DNA of 64,000 nt from Candidatus Omnitrophota bacterium (lineage in GTDB: Bacteria; Omnitrophota; Gorgyraeia; Gygaellales; Profunditerraquicolaceae). Both the position numbers and the translations under genes were made by a program. The number at the start of each line of letters is the position of its first letter. Position 1 is the first letter of the stretch. The notes beneath the pieces were generated by a model. That model did not search any database. It was not told the DNA's origin and saw nothing but the letters and a program-made list of their open reading frames with translations. Below, piece after piece: positions 32,912 to 42,481 of the stretch. The DNA is taken from the NCBI GenBank assembly GCA_041653115.1, contig JBAZGA010000003.1, positions 1,832 through 65,831 on the forward strand. Direction: 5' to 3'.

Positions 32912-34968
32912 TTATTAAATTTATATATCCTTATCGTATCGTTTGAAAATACCAGCTCAAAAAGACCGGGGCGAGCCCTGGCCCAGGGATCTTCAAGGGG
33001 AAATTCTATTCCACTGCCGAGTAAATCGGAATAGACAAAAAAATAATCGATATTTCTCTTTCTCAGATTTTCAACCCAGACGTTATAATCGGCGCGGCCA
33101 CGATAATTATTTTCATCTTCAAAATTCCTGAATATTATATCGCCATCATAGCCCCAAACATATTTGGAATTCGGGAAATAATGCAACATCGCCGGCTCAA
33201 CCCTATTCACTGAAACATAATAAACATTATTCTTGAAATTTGTCCCGTAGAGAGGTAAAAGAACGGGCCTTCCTATATAAGCGATATTGTTACCGCGGGT
33301 ATTCTGGTTGAGCCAAAGCCAGGCCTTAGTTGCATCTGGCCAGAAACCGGAATAATTTACCATTTTGACATAACGGATATATTCATTTTTGATATAATCT
33401 TTTTCTAAAAAGCTTGATATTAAAATAATCGCGATGAAAAAAACAATTACCAGTTTAGTTAAATCTATGCTTTTTATAAATCTTACAATATAAGGTGACA
33501 AGAAAAATAAAAGGAGGGAAAGGACAAACGAAATAATTAATTCTAAATGCCCGGCTAATTCTATACTAGAAGCGAATATACATATTAATATCAAAATTTT
33601 TAAAAGTAATTTTGGTATCTTTAGCATATCTGCTACATAAAAAGCAATTATAGAGGCTATTGCAAATAAACCATAGATATAACGTAAGTTAGCTATCGGA
33701 ATTATAAATCGAAAAATCAGGATTAAAAAAAATGGCAAAATCAGAAAATAAATAAGATAAAAATTCAAATCTTTCCTTCTTTTTATTATAGTAACGGGTA
33801 AAGCTAATAATATGGCTGGCAGTAAAAATATTACCGTTTGAGCCCCGAGGCCTTCTGAAAATAATATCCTGGCCAAACTGAAGTCTCCGGGGCGTATGGA
33901 TGTTCTGTAGATCTCATTTTCTACTACACCTTTAAAGATAACAGTGTTAAATAATCTAAAATTTAGTGGATATAAGGGATTACCAGTCTGAATAACATTT
34001 CTTATATAACCGAATCCTCCAAAAATTATTATCAGCAGAATAGCAAGCGCTAAGACAGCCGGAGATTTTTTAAAAGGGTACCTAAAAAAATAAAACCATG
34101 CTAAAGGAATAAGTAATATAAGGGCTATCGGCATAGCGGTGATTTTGGTTCCCAGTAACAATCCTAATGCGATACTATAAAGTATAGTATTTTGGATAAT
34201 CCTTTCCCGCTTATATATTAGAAAAAGGTAATTTAATACTATCAGAAATAATGTCGAGACCATGATATCTATATAGGCAATTTCTAACTGCTTAAAATAA
34301 TTTGGAATTAAATTAAATATGATTACGGAAAATAAAGCGTATTCTTTGGACAAATTTAATTTTCTTGCTAAAGAATATAGAGCGAAAAAGGAGATAACAA
34401 AGAAAGGAACCTGGCCCAAGTCTGCGATAAAAACATTTTTAAGCGGAAATATAAACCATAAAAAAAACAGGCTTGCATTTACAGGGTAATACGAAACCGC
34501 GGGATCTCCGGATATACTGATAGGGTTATCAAGGTTGCCGTGCTTTAGCCACTCTACAGGAAAAGTAAAATGGTAATTTAAACAATCCCAACCAAAAGGA
34601 GGGTTAACCAGGTTAATAGAAATCTTAACTAAACCGAATCCCAGGATTAAACAAACGCCCATTAATATAACTTTATTACTAAAGAACCCGGATAATACAT
34701 CCTTTGCTCTATTAAAACTAAAATAGGAATTTTTATTTCTTGCTACAAACCAGATAATCAGAAGAATAAACAGATTAAATAAAATAACATTATTTAAATA
34801 AAGTATGCCAAATATTCCTAAAAGGAGTTGGGTAAATACAATTTGGCTGAAATAAAGAATAAATAACGATAACAATGCATCAATAAATTTAGAGGGTTTT
34901 AATATTCTATAAGTCAATAGGAATGCTGAAGACCCGGCTATAAGATTCATTAAAAGAAGAATGATCAT
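32908..34968 (-). CDS. Large polytopic membrane protein, a possible GT-C (ArnT/PMT-like) glycosyltransferase
   Basis: 686 aa. At least 12 hydrophobic helices followed by a roughly 170-aa soluble C-terminal domain. AGGAG RBS. Confidence 0.4.
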   Translation of the reverse strand: MIILLLMNLIAGSSAFLLTYRILKPSKFIDALLSLFILYFSQIVFTQLLLGIFGILYLNNVILFNLFILLIIWFVARNKNSYFSFNRAKDVLSGFFSNKVILMGVCLILGFGLVKISINLVNPPFGWDCLNYHFTFPVEWLKHGNLDNPISISGDPAVSYYPVNASLFFLWFIFPLKNVFIADLGQVPFFVISFFALYSLARKLNLSKEYALFSVIIFNLIPNYFKQLEIAYIDIMVSTLFLIVLNYLFLIYKRERIIQNTILYSIALGLLLGTKITAMPIALILLIPLAWFYFFRYPFKKSPAVLALAILLIIIFGGFGYIRNVIQTGNPLYPLNFRLFNTVIFKGVVENEIYRTSIRPGDFSLARILFSEGLGAQTVIFLLPAILLALPVTIIKRRKDLNFYLIYFLILPFFLILIFRFIIPIANLRYIYGLFAIASIIAFYVADMLKIPKLLLKILILICIFASSIELAGHLELIISFVLSLLLFFLSPYIVRFIKSIDLTKLVIVFFIAIILISSFLEKDYIKNEYIRYVKMVNYSGFWPDATKAWLWLNQNTRGNNIAYIGRPVLLPLYGTNFKNNVYYVSVNRVEPAMLHYFPNSKYVWGYDGDIIFRNFEDENNYRGRADYNVWVENLRKRNIDYFFVYSDLLGSGIEFPLEDPWARARPGLFELVFSNDTIRIYKFNK

Positions 34969-34986
34969 TTCACTCCTGTAAGTCTT

Positions 34987-35145
34987 TTAAAATAAGGTAT
35001 AAATAAAAGGCGCTACTGCCGAAGACTGGGTAAAGAAAATCAAAAAACCCAGTAAAAGAAGCACGATGATGATCGGCGCCAGCCACCATTTTTTACGCGC
35101 GCATAAAAAGTCCCAGAATTCCTTTAAAATCGCTAATTTGCCCAT
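34987..35145 (-). CDS. Unannotated 52-aa membrane protein (DUF5989-like 'RKKWWLxPII' family)
   Basis: Own translation: MGKLAILKEFWDFLCARKKWWLAPIIIVLLLLGFLIFFTQSSAVAPFIYTLF. A GAGG RBS lies about 5 nt upstream. It is below the 60-aa cutoff of the ORF track. Confidence 0.55.
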   Translation of the reverse strand: MGKLAILKEFWDFLCARKKWWLAPIIIVLLLLGFLIFFTQSSAVAPFIYTLF

Positions 35146-35161
35146 TGCATCCTCTCTTGAG

Positions 35162-35563
35162 CTAAAATAACCTTTCGTAATCCAGGCGGTTAAAGTCCTT
35201 TGCCTCTTTTTTCTTCCAATAGGAATCTTTACCCTTTTCTATTTTTCTATCCAGCAAGTCCATTCTAAATAATTTAATCATTAGCCCGATGGGAATAAAA
35301 ATCAAATAAAAGATAATAACTAAAATCAGGCGCGTATTAAGCCATCCTAAGATGAATGCCAACTTCATCCAGGCTATATATATAGGCTTTAATAAACCCG
35401 GCATAGCAACCGCTGATATAAAAAAAATTAATGAGGTTATATAAACGGATACAGGGTTGTGCTGATCCCTAAAAAGAATAATCAGGGCAATTACAAGAAA
35501 CGCTATCCCCATGATTATCCCGAACTTCCTCAACGTTTCTTTATTTAAGTTGATTTTTTCCAT
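35162..35563 (-). CDS. Small two-TM membrane protein (SxtJ-like?)
   Basis: 133 aa. Two hydrophobic helices. Immediately downstream of the carbamoyltransferase. Confidence 0.4.
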   Translation of the reverse strand: MEKINLNKETLRKFGIIMGIAFLVIALIILFRDQHNPVSVYITSLIFFISAVAMPGLLKPIYIAWMKLAFILGWLNTRLILVIIFYLIFIPIGLMIKLFRMDLLDRKIEKGKDSYWKKKEAKDFNRLDYERLF

Positions 35564-35605
35564 ACCTGCCTAAATACTATATGCTGTCTACTTTCTATAT
35601 TATTC

Positions 35606-37426
35606 CTAATCCAGCTCAAATACTTCCTGCCATCCAATATCTCCCTGTACCGGTTTTTGCTCCCCCTTACCCAGCAAAAAAGGACCCATTACCAGATAAT
35701 CCATTTCTGTACGCATAAAACATTTAAATGCGTCTTCGGGCGTACAGACCAGGGGTTCACCCCTGACATTAAACGAAGTATTAATTATCGCCGGGCAGCC
35801 GGTTTTCCTATAGAAGGCATTAATCATATCATAATACAGAGGATGGTCTTCTCTCTGAATTGTCTGTACACGCGCTGAATAATCTACATGAGTGACTGCC
35901 GGAATCCTTGAGCGCGTTACTTTTAATTTTTCAAATCCCTTCGCATCTTCAGGGCTGTTTAACTTTATTTGTTTATCTGTTCTTACGGGCGCCACTAAAA
36001 GCATATACGGGCTTTCCCTGTCTAAGGCAAACCAATCAGAGACATAATCTTTTAAAACGGTCGGCGCAAAAGGCCGGAATGACTCGCGGTATTTAATCTT
36101 TAAATTCATCCTTGACTGCATTTGGGGGCTGCGCGCATCGCCAATAATGCTTCTTGCGCCTAATGCTCGCGGACCAAATTCTAAAGCCCCCTGGAACCAA
36201 CCGATTATTTTACCTTCTATAATCAAATCCGCTACTCTCTGCGGTATATCCGAATACGAGATTTTCTGATAAGACAGGCCCTCCTTCTTCAGGAAATCCT
36301 CTATATAGCAATCGCTATAAGAAGGCCCTAATAACGACGCCTTCTGCTTGTCTTTCTTGCCGTCTACAGCGCGTTTATTCCCTAAATACTTGTACCAAAC
36401 CAGAAGCGCCGCCCCTAATGCCCCTCCGGCATCGCCGCTCGCCGGCTGAATCCAGATTTCCTGAAAAGGGCCTTCGCGTAAAATCCTGCCATTACCCACA
36501 CAGTTCAAGGCAACGCCCCCGGCAAGGCAGAGCTTATCCTGGCCGGTAACTTTATATACATAGTGCGCCATGCGCAGCATAATCTCTTCGGTTACCTTCT
36601 GAATCGAAGCGGCAATATCCATGTCTTTTTGGGTTATGCGTGTTTCCGGCCTTCTCGCAGGGCCGCCGAATAACCGCTCAAATCTAGAGTTAGTCATCCG
36701 TAAGCCGTTGCAATAACCAAAATATTTCATATCTAATTTGAAAGAACCATCTTCCTTTAAATCAATCAGGTTATCCATTATTAAATCTGTGTATTTAGGC
36801 TCTCCGTAAGGTGCCAGCCCCATCAGCTTATATTCGCCGGAATTTACCTTAAATCCCGCATAATAAGTAAACGTCGAATATAACAAACCTAATGAATGCG
36901 GGAACCTTAAATTTTCTAAAATTTCGATATTATTATTCCTGCCTATCCCGAAACTGGCGGTATCCCACTCCCCTACGCCGTCCACGGTTAAAAAAGCTGC
37001 CTGATTAAACGGCGAAGGATAAAATGCGCTTGCCGCGTGCGATGCGTGGTGTTCCGTAAAAAGGATTTTCCCTTTGTAATTTAATTCCTTGCGTATCAGC
37101 TCGGGGATCCAGAGCTTTTGCTTCAACCATAAAGGCATCGCCTGGATAAACTGCCTGATGCCGGAAGGCGCATAGGTAAGCGCTGTCTCAAGTATCCTTT
37201 CGAATTTAATAAAGGGCTTGTCGTAAAAAACTATAAAATTTAAATCGGAGGTATCGATCTCTCCTTCCTTAAGGCACCACTTTATTGAATTTATCGGAAA
37301 ATTAAAATCGTGTTTCTTGCGCGTAAAACGCTCTTCCTGCGCTGCGGCAATTATTTCTCCTTCACGGACAAGGCAGGCGGCACTATCGTGGTAATATGCG
37401 GAAATCCCTAAAATATTCATAAACAA
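35606..37426 (-). CDS. Carbamoyltransferase (NodU/CmcH/NovN family)
   Basis: 606 aa. N-terminus ILGISAYYHDSAACLV (Kae1/HypF-like domain) plus a C-terminal YrdC-like domain. Confidence 0.85.
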   Translation of the reverse strand: MFMNILGISAYYHDSAACLVREGEIIAAAQEERFTRKKHDFNFPINSIKWCLKEGEIDTSDLNFIVFYDKPFIKFERILETALTYAPSGIRQFIQAMPLWLKQKLWIPELIRKELNYKGKILFTEHHASHAASAFYPSPFNQAAFLTVDGVGEWDTASFGIGRNNNIEILENLRFPHSLGLLYSTFTYYAGFKVNSGEYKLMGLAPYGEPKYTDLIMDNLIDLKEDGSFKLDMKYFGYCNGLRMTNSRFERLFGGPARRPETRITQKDMDIAASIQKVTEEIMLRMAHYVYKVTGQDKLCLAGGVALNCVGNGRILREGPFQEIWIQPASGDAGGALGAALLVWYKYLGNKRAVDGKKDKQKASLLGPSYSDCYIEDFLKKEGLSYQKISYSDIPQRVADLIIEGKIIGWFQGALEFGPRALGARSIIGDARSPQMQSRMNLKIKYRESFRPFAPTVLKDYVSDWFALDRESPYMLLVAPVRTDKQIKLNSPEDAKGFEKLKVTRSRIPAVTHVDYSARVQTIQREDHPLYYDMINAFYRKTGCPAIINTSFNVRGEPLVCTPEDAFKCFMRTEMDYLVMGPFLLGKGEQKPVQGDIGWQEVFELD

Positions 37427-37665
37427 AAGTAAAAAAGCAATAAAATAATCAAACTAACCAGTGTTACGCTATTGGCTACGATTATTATCGGGTCCCTTAA
37501 ATAGACGCCGTAAGAAACCCATAAAGAAACGCCCAGGGAGAGCTGTAAGAGCGTAATCAGGCTGACGTCCTTTACCGACTTAGTCTTCCATGCCTTGATA
37601 ATCTGGGGGATGAAAGCAAACATCGTCAAGAGCGCGGCGGTTGAGCCGACTACTGGCCAAAGCAT
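37417..37665 (-). CDS. SemiSWEET / PQ-loop family small transporter
   Basis: 82 aa. Three TM helices with a PQ motif (FIPQIIKAWKTKS). Confidence 0.58.
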   Translation of the reverse strand: MLWPVVGSTAALLTMFAFIPQIIKAWKTKSVKDVSLITLLQLSLGVSLWVSYGVYLRDPIIIVANSVTLVSLIILLLFYFCL

Positions 37666-37726
37666 AATTAGTTATCTCCTTAAATGGTATGCACATTCCC
37701 GCCTCGAATGCGGGCGTATCTATATT

Positions 37727-38986
37727 TCATGCCTCCTGCTTTACGCGGCATTCTTTATACGCCAGGCCCAGGTGAATGGAAAAAAGTAAAATTGCATTGA
37801 CGCAAAGCACCAGTTGTACCTGCGCGAGGCTTTGATGAAGCAGGCTGATCGTCAGGAACTGCAGGAATGTAAAACCGACCAAATACTTGACGAAACGCAA
37901 ATCCTTGATCGAGAGCAAATAAAAGATTAAGATATATAAAACGGAAAAAAAACTCATCGAAATACTGAAGAGCCTGCCTAAGGATATTGATTCCGGATAA
38001 GCCTTGCCTGTCAGAAGCTTCAGGATGAAAGCGGGAAAAAGATTATAGATTAATGCGGCGCAAATACATAAGCCAAAAACATAGAAGAGCGACTTTTTTA
38101 AAGTTGAAAACGTGCCCAGATTCTGCGCCTTTAAGCCGCTGGTCCTGGGAAAAAGCACGATGCTTATTGCTGCCGGCAAAAAAAGAAAAATTTTTCCTAC
38201 CATATGGGCTAAAGAATAAAGGCCGGAATCGAAGCCCGTAAAAAAATATTTTACTACTACCATGTCCAGGTTTACCAGGGCGATGAAACAGAAGTTGCTG
38301 ATTGCCACGGGGAATAAATAACTAAGCATCTCTTTATATTCAATATCCTGCCTCGCGCTTTTTAAGGAAATAAAATGCCTGACGGGGGCATAATAAATCA
38401 CCAGGCCGATTAAGATGGAAGCCAGTAACGCGCCCAGGGCGCTGGCAATATTAAATCCGAAGAGAATCAATAAAAAAGCGAGAGCTAATTTTAAGCCGCC
38501 GGTGATGACTGATGCGGCAGTCAGCCACCTAAAGAGCTCTAAGCCCTGGACAGCGCCTGAAAAAACCGGGCTTATCCAGGCCGAAGCAATCAGGAGAGGA
38601 AAAATATATCGGCCATATACCGTGGGGATCCTCAGCGTATTTATTATGTATGGCGAGGCAAGCCAAAAAATAAAAAAGGTAAAAAGTGCCAAGAGAGAAG
38701 TTTTTTTGAGGAGGTCCGATAATAAAAACCTGATTTTATTAACCTGGTTACGCGCATTAAATTCCGCACTATATTTAGCTACTGCCGTACCGATAGTGCT
38801 TAAAGGAACGGAGATTACCATAAATATGGAAAGCAGGGAATTGAACGCCGCGAAATCGGGGGTGGAAAGCTTATGCGCAATCAATAGCTGGTAAAGCAGG
38901 TTAAATAAATGGACTAAGGCAATCCCCGCAAAGACAATAACTATATTTTTGCTAAAGGAATCTAATTTCCTTATTTGTCTAAGCAT
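37727..38986 (-). CDS. Polysaccharide flippase (Wzx/MOP superfamily)
   Basis: 419 aa. About 12 TM helices. Follows tyrS with an 8-nt overlap. Confidence 0.62.
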   Translation of the reverse strand: MLRQIRKLDSFSKNIVIVFAGIALVHLFNLLYQLLIAHKLSTPDFAAFNSLLSIFMVISVPLSTIGTAVAKYSAEFNARNQVNKIRFLLSDLLKKTSLLALFTFFIFWLASPYIINTLRIPTVYGRYIFPLLIASAWISPVFSGAVQGLELFRWLTAASVITGGLKLALAFLLILFGFNIASALGALLASILIGLVIYYAPVRHFISLKSARQDIEYKEMLSYLFPVAISNFCFIALVNLDMVVVKYFFTGFDSGLYSLAHMVGKIFLFLPAAISIVLFPRTSGLKAQNLGTFSTLKKSLFYVFGLCICAALIYNLFPAFILKLLTGKAYPESISLGRLFSISMSFFSVLYILIFYLLSIKDLRFVKYLVGFTFLQFLTISLLHQSLAQVQLVLCVNAILLFSIHLGLAYKECRVKQEA

Positions 38987-40160
38987 CTACGATTATTCTT
39001 AAGAACCTCTTCGGGCCCAACTTGATTGTGCCGCTTTGCTTAAGGATAAAATTCTCGTCTTCAATCTTTTGGTTCTCGAACAATACAGCGCCCTGCTTAA
39101 TCAATCTGCGCGCTTCGTTCCCGCTTTTGGCTAATCCGCTCTTCAATAATACAGCCAAAATCGCTTCCCTGCCGTCGCTTTTATATTCGGCGATATCTTT
39201 CGGCAGCTCCTTTTGGCTGAATACCCGTTCAAATTCCTGGCGGCTATCTAAGGCGGTTTCCCGGGAATGGTACTGCCCGACGATATTCTGGGCAAGTTTC
39301 AATTTTGCCTCCTTGGGGTGCAGCTTCTTTATCGTATTTAAATCCTCCTCCGTCAATAACTCATAATATTTGAGCATCAGCTTATCGGATATGGACATCA
39401 ACTTCCCGAACATCTCGTTTGGCGGCTCATTAATACCGATATAGTTTCCGTAAGACTTGCTCATTTTCTGTACGCCGTCGGTTCCCTCCAAAAGCGGCAT
39501 GGTAATTACTACCTGCTGCGCCTGGCCGAAATCCTTCTGGATATCCCTTCCCACCAAAAGGTTAAATACCTGGTCTGTCCCGCCTAATTCAATGTCCGCT
39601 TCTAATTTAACGGAATCATACCCCTGTAAGAGCGGGTACATAAACTCTAAAAGCGAGATATCCTCGTTCCTGGCTAATCTTTTTTTAAAATCCGCGCGCG
39701 CCAATAGCTGGGAAATGGTCGCGTGCGTGGTTAATTTCAGTATCTCCAATACCGACATTTTCTCAAACCATTGGCTGTTAAAGACAATTTTAATCTTATC
39801 GACATCGAGTATTTTAGACACCTGTTTTTTATAAGTTGCGGCGTTATCTAACGCTTCTTCCCTGCTTAACTGTTTTCTTATCTCGGAGCGGCCGCTGGGA
39901 TCTCCGATGCGGGCGGTAAAGTCGCCGATTAAAAAGAAGACCTGATGGCCCAACTCCTGGAATTGGCGTAATTTTCTTAAGAGAACCGCGTGCCCCAAAT
40001 GGATATCGGGCGCGGTCGGGTCAAAGCCTGCCTTTATCACCAGCGGCCTTTTTTGCCTGACACTCTCTTCTATTTTTTTCTTTAACTCTTCTTCGGAAAT
40101 TATTTCCACAGTGCCGCGCTTAATAATGTTCCATTGCTGAGCGATATCTGATTTCTCCAT
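38979..40160 (-). CDS. tyrS: Tyrosine--tRNA ligase
   Basis: 393 aa. HIGH-type motif PDIHLGHAV, KMSKS, and a C-terminal S4-like domain. Confidence 0.9.
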   Translation of the reverse strand: MEKSDIAQQWNIIKRGTVEIISEEELKKKIEESVRQKRPLVIKAGFDPTAPDIHLGHAVLLRKLRQFQELGHQVFFLIGDFTARIGDPSGRSEIRKQLSREEALDNAATYKKQVSKILDVDKIKIVFNSQWFEKMSVLEILKLTTHATISQLLARADFKKRLARNEDISLLEFMYPLLQGYDSVKLEADIELGGTDQVFNLLVGRDIQKDFGQAQQVVITMPLLEGTDGVQKMSKSYGNYIGINEPPNEMFGKLMSISDKLMLKYYELLTEEDLNTIKKLHPKEAKLKLAQNIVGQYHSRETALDSRQEFERVFSQKELPKDIAEYKSDGREAILAVLLKSGLAKSGNEARRLIKQGAVLFENQKIEDENFILKQSGTIKLGPKRFLRIIVDA

Positions 40161-40202
40161 CGTCCTACCTCTTGTTAGGAGACACTTTTCCTATTGAATT
40201 TA

Positions 40203-40234
40203 AAAACGTTTTCCGCTTGAATTAAAAACGTTTT
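40203..40234. promoter_or_regulatory. Two copies of a 10-nt perfect palindrome, AAAACGTTTT, 22 nt apart
   Basis: Read directly at 40203-40212 and 40225-40234, in the rpsA-tyrS spacer. The second copy abuts the rpsA stop. Confidence 0.25.
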
Positions 40235-40236
40235 AC

Positions 40237-41778
40237 TTAAATTTTGGCGGTGAGGCCGATTTTGCCCTGCTCAATGTCAACCTTAATTACTTTGACCATC
40301 AGCTTATCTCCGGGCTTTAACTGAGAAACTTTCTCCTTATCTATTTCACTGGTATAGACCAGGCCCTCCAGATCCTCTTCTAACTTAACAAATACTCCGA
40401 AATCGGTAATACTGACTACCTCTGCTTCCAATGCCGTATCTAAAGGGTATTTTGCGGCAATCTCCGGCCAGGGACTCGGCTGCAGTTGTTTCAGTCCCAA
40501 AGTAATGCGCCGGTTTTGCGCATCTACGGAAAGCACGAGCACTTCGATTTTCTGCCCTTTTTTCAAGACATCCTGCGGATGGGCTATCCTTTTGGTCCAG
40601 GACATATCCGAGACGTGAATCATCCCTTCTAAATTACCGTCTAACTCCACAAATACCCCGTAGTCGGTAAAACCCCTTACCTTTCCGGAAACCTTTGTTC
40701 CCCCCGGGTATCTGGCTTCTGCTTCCAGCCAGGGGTTCTGCTCCAGCTGCTTCAAGCTCAAAGATATCCTGCGGCTGTCTTTATCCACGCTTAAAATCTG
40801 CGCCTCTACCATATCTCCGATGGCGAATATTTCAGTGGGATTATTTACGCGTTTTGTCCAGGATATCTCGGAGATGTGGATTAGGCCTTCAATGCCCTTT
40901 TCCAGCTCTATAAATGCTCCGTAAGGGAGGATATTGACGACTTTGCCTTTTACCTTGGAGCCGACGCTATATTTTGTCTCAATATCCTGCCAGGGATCGG
41001 GAAGCCTTTGCTTCAGACCCAAAGAAACCTTCCCCGAATCTTTATCCATGTTAAGGACCATCACCTCAATCTTATCCCCCAAAGCCACGGCTTCGGAAGG
41101 ATGGCTGATCTTGGACCAGGACATATCCGTAATATGTAAAAGCCCGTCCACTCCGCCCAAGTCAATAAACGCGCCGAAGTCGGTAATTGCCTTGACTGTC
41201 CCGGTATACACCCCTCCGATTTTTAAGTTCTGCCAGATTTTCTCCTTGGCCTCTTCTTTCTGTTTCTGGATGGCTTCGCGGCGGGACAAGATAATACTCC
41301 GCCTGAGATTATTGACCTTGACAATTTTAAACTTAAAAGTCTTGTTTAATACTTCTTTATCCGGCACGCCCTTAAAGGCGGAAAGCGAAGCCGGCAGGAA
41401 CCCTTCGATCCCGGAACAATCCACGAGAAAACCGCCTTTTACTTTTTTCATCGGCCTCCCGTCTATCAACCCGCCTTCCTGCGAATATTTAACAATGGTG
41501 TCCCATCCGCTGATGCGCAATGCCTTCTCCCGGGAAAGAGCAATTGAGCCGGAATCATCCTCTATTGAGTCAACGAAAAAATCCAGCTCATTGCCTACTT
41601 TTAAATCCTCCGGGCTGAACTCGGAAATCGGTATCATCCCTTCGGATTTAAAGCCCACGTCCACAATCACTTCCTTGGACTTGACCAGGACAATCTTGCC
41701 TTTAATAACCTGGCCCTCCTTGATTATTTTGATGCTCTCGTTGTAAAGCTGTTCCATCTCCGTTCTGTCTTTGTTCAT
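40237..41778 (-). CDS. rpsA: 30S ribosomal protein S1
   Basis: 513 aa. Several tandem S1 (OB-fold) repeats. An AAAGGAGAAAAG RBS. Confidence 0.82.
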   Translation of the reverse strand: MNKDRTEMEQLYNESIKIIKEGQVIKGKIVLVKSKEVIVDVGFKSEGMIPISEFSPEDLKVGNELDFFVDSIEDDSGSIALSREKALRISGWDTIVKYSQEGGLIDGRPMKKVKGGFLVDCSGIEGFLPASLSAFKGVPDKEVLNKTFKFKIVKVNNLRRSIILSRREAIQKQKEEAKEKIWQNLKIGGVYTGTVKAITDFGAFIDLGGVDGLLHITDMSWSKISHPSEAVALGDKIEVMVLNMDKDSGKVSLGLKQRLPDPWQDIETKYSVGSKVKGKVVNILPYGAFIELEKGIEGLIHISEISWTKRVNNPTEIFAIGDMVEAQILSVDKDSRRISLSLKQLEQNPWLEAEARYPGGTKVSGKVRGFTDYGVFVELDGNLEGMIHVSDMSWTKRIAHPQDVLKKGQKIEVLVLSVDAQNRRITLGLKQLQPSPWPEIAAKYPLDTALEAEVVSITDFGVFVKLEEDLEGLVYTSEIDKEKVSQLKPGDKLMVKVIKVDIEQGKIGLTAKI

Positions 41779-41896
41779 TTCTTTTCTCCTTTAGATTTAA
41801 TAATTTTATTTTTAAAAAGGTAAACTTTTTCTTTGGTTATATTTCTGGCAGCGCTGTTGGGTAAATCTTTGCGGAAATTGCGGAGGGCTGTGCTAT

Positions 41897-42481
41897 TCAG
41901 CATGCAATACGCCTGATATTTGCCATTATCTGTTGAGCAATATCTTGATAAGGCAACCTCCTCTCTATGGGAATTTGCTTTCCAAAACACACGGAAATCC
42001 TTGCCGGCTTTAAGAATTTTGCGCCCCGCGGCAGGGCTCTTTCAGTGCCCCTGACAAATGCGGGTATCACCGGCACATCGAGTTTAGCGGCTAAGAATCC
42101 GACACCCGGCTCTGCTTCGGCAGAGGAACTATCGAGCCTGCGGCTGCCCTCGGGGAAGAGAACCAGGCCCTCGTCATTTCTTACCCGGCGCAGCGCTTCT
42201 TTTAAGGCTGAAATATCTGCGGAGTCCCGCTTAATCGGAAAAATATGCAACTTAGAAAAGAACCAGCTGGAGGCGCGATTGCGAAACAACTCGCGTTTAG
42301 CCAGGTAATTTAATTTCCTTGGCACCGCTACCCCGATCACTACGGGGTCCAGATAACTGATGTGGTTGCCGGCTAAAATAAAGCCTCCTTTTTTGGGCAG
42401 ATTTTCCCTCCCCTTTACTTCTAAACGAAAGAATATTTTCAGGATTAAAAAAGACAAAAACCTAAGAAACCAATAAAGCAT
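41897..42481 (-). CDS. plsC: 1-acyl-sn-glycerol-3-phosphate acyltransferase
   Basis: 194 aa. HxxxxD motif (AGNHISYLD); FPEGSR. Confidence 0.8.
   Translation of the reverse strand: MLYWFLRFLSFLILKIFFRLEVKGRENLPKKGGFILAGNHISYLDPVVIGVAVPRKLNYLAKRELFRNRASSWFFSKLHIFPIKRDSADISALKEALRRVRNDEGLVLFPEGSRRLDSSSAEAEPGVGFLAAKLDVPVIPAFVRGTERALPRGAKFLKPARISVCFGKQIPIERRLPYQDIAQQIMANIRRIAC

Noticed and set aside
41775-41990. A 71-aa minus-strand ORF between rpsA and plsC.
   Set aside because: It overlaps the 3' end of plsC in another frame. It is basic and low-complexity, with no recognisable family. The region is better explained as the rpsA leader/RBS (AAAGGAGAAAAG).
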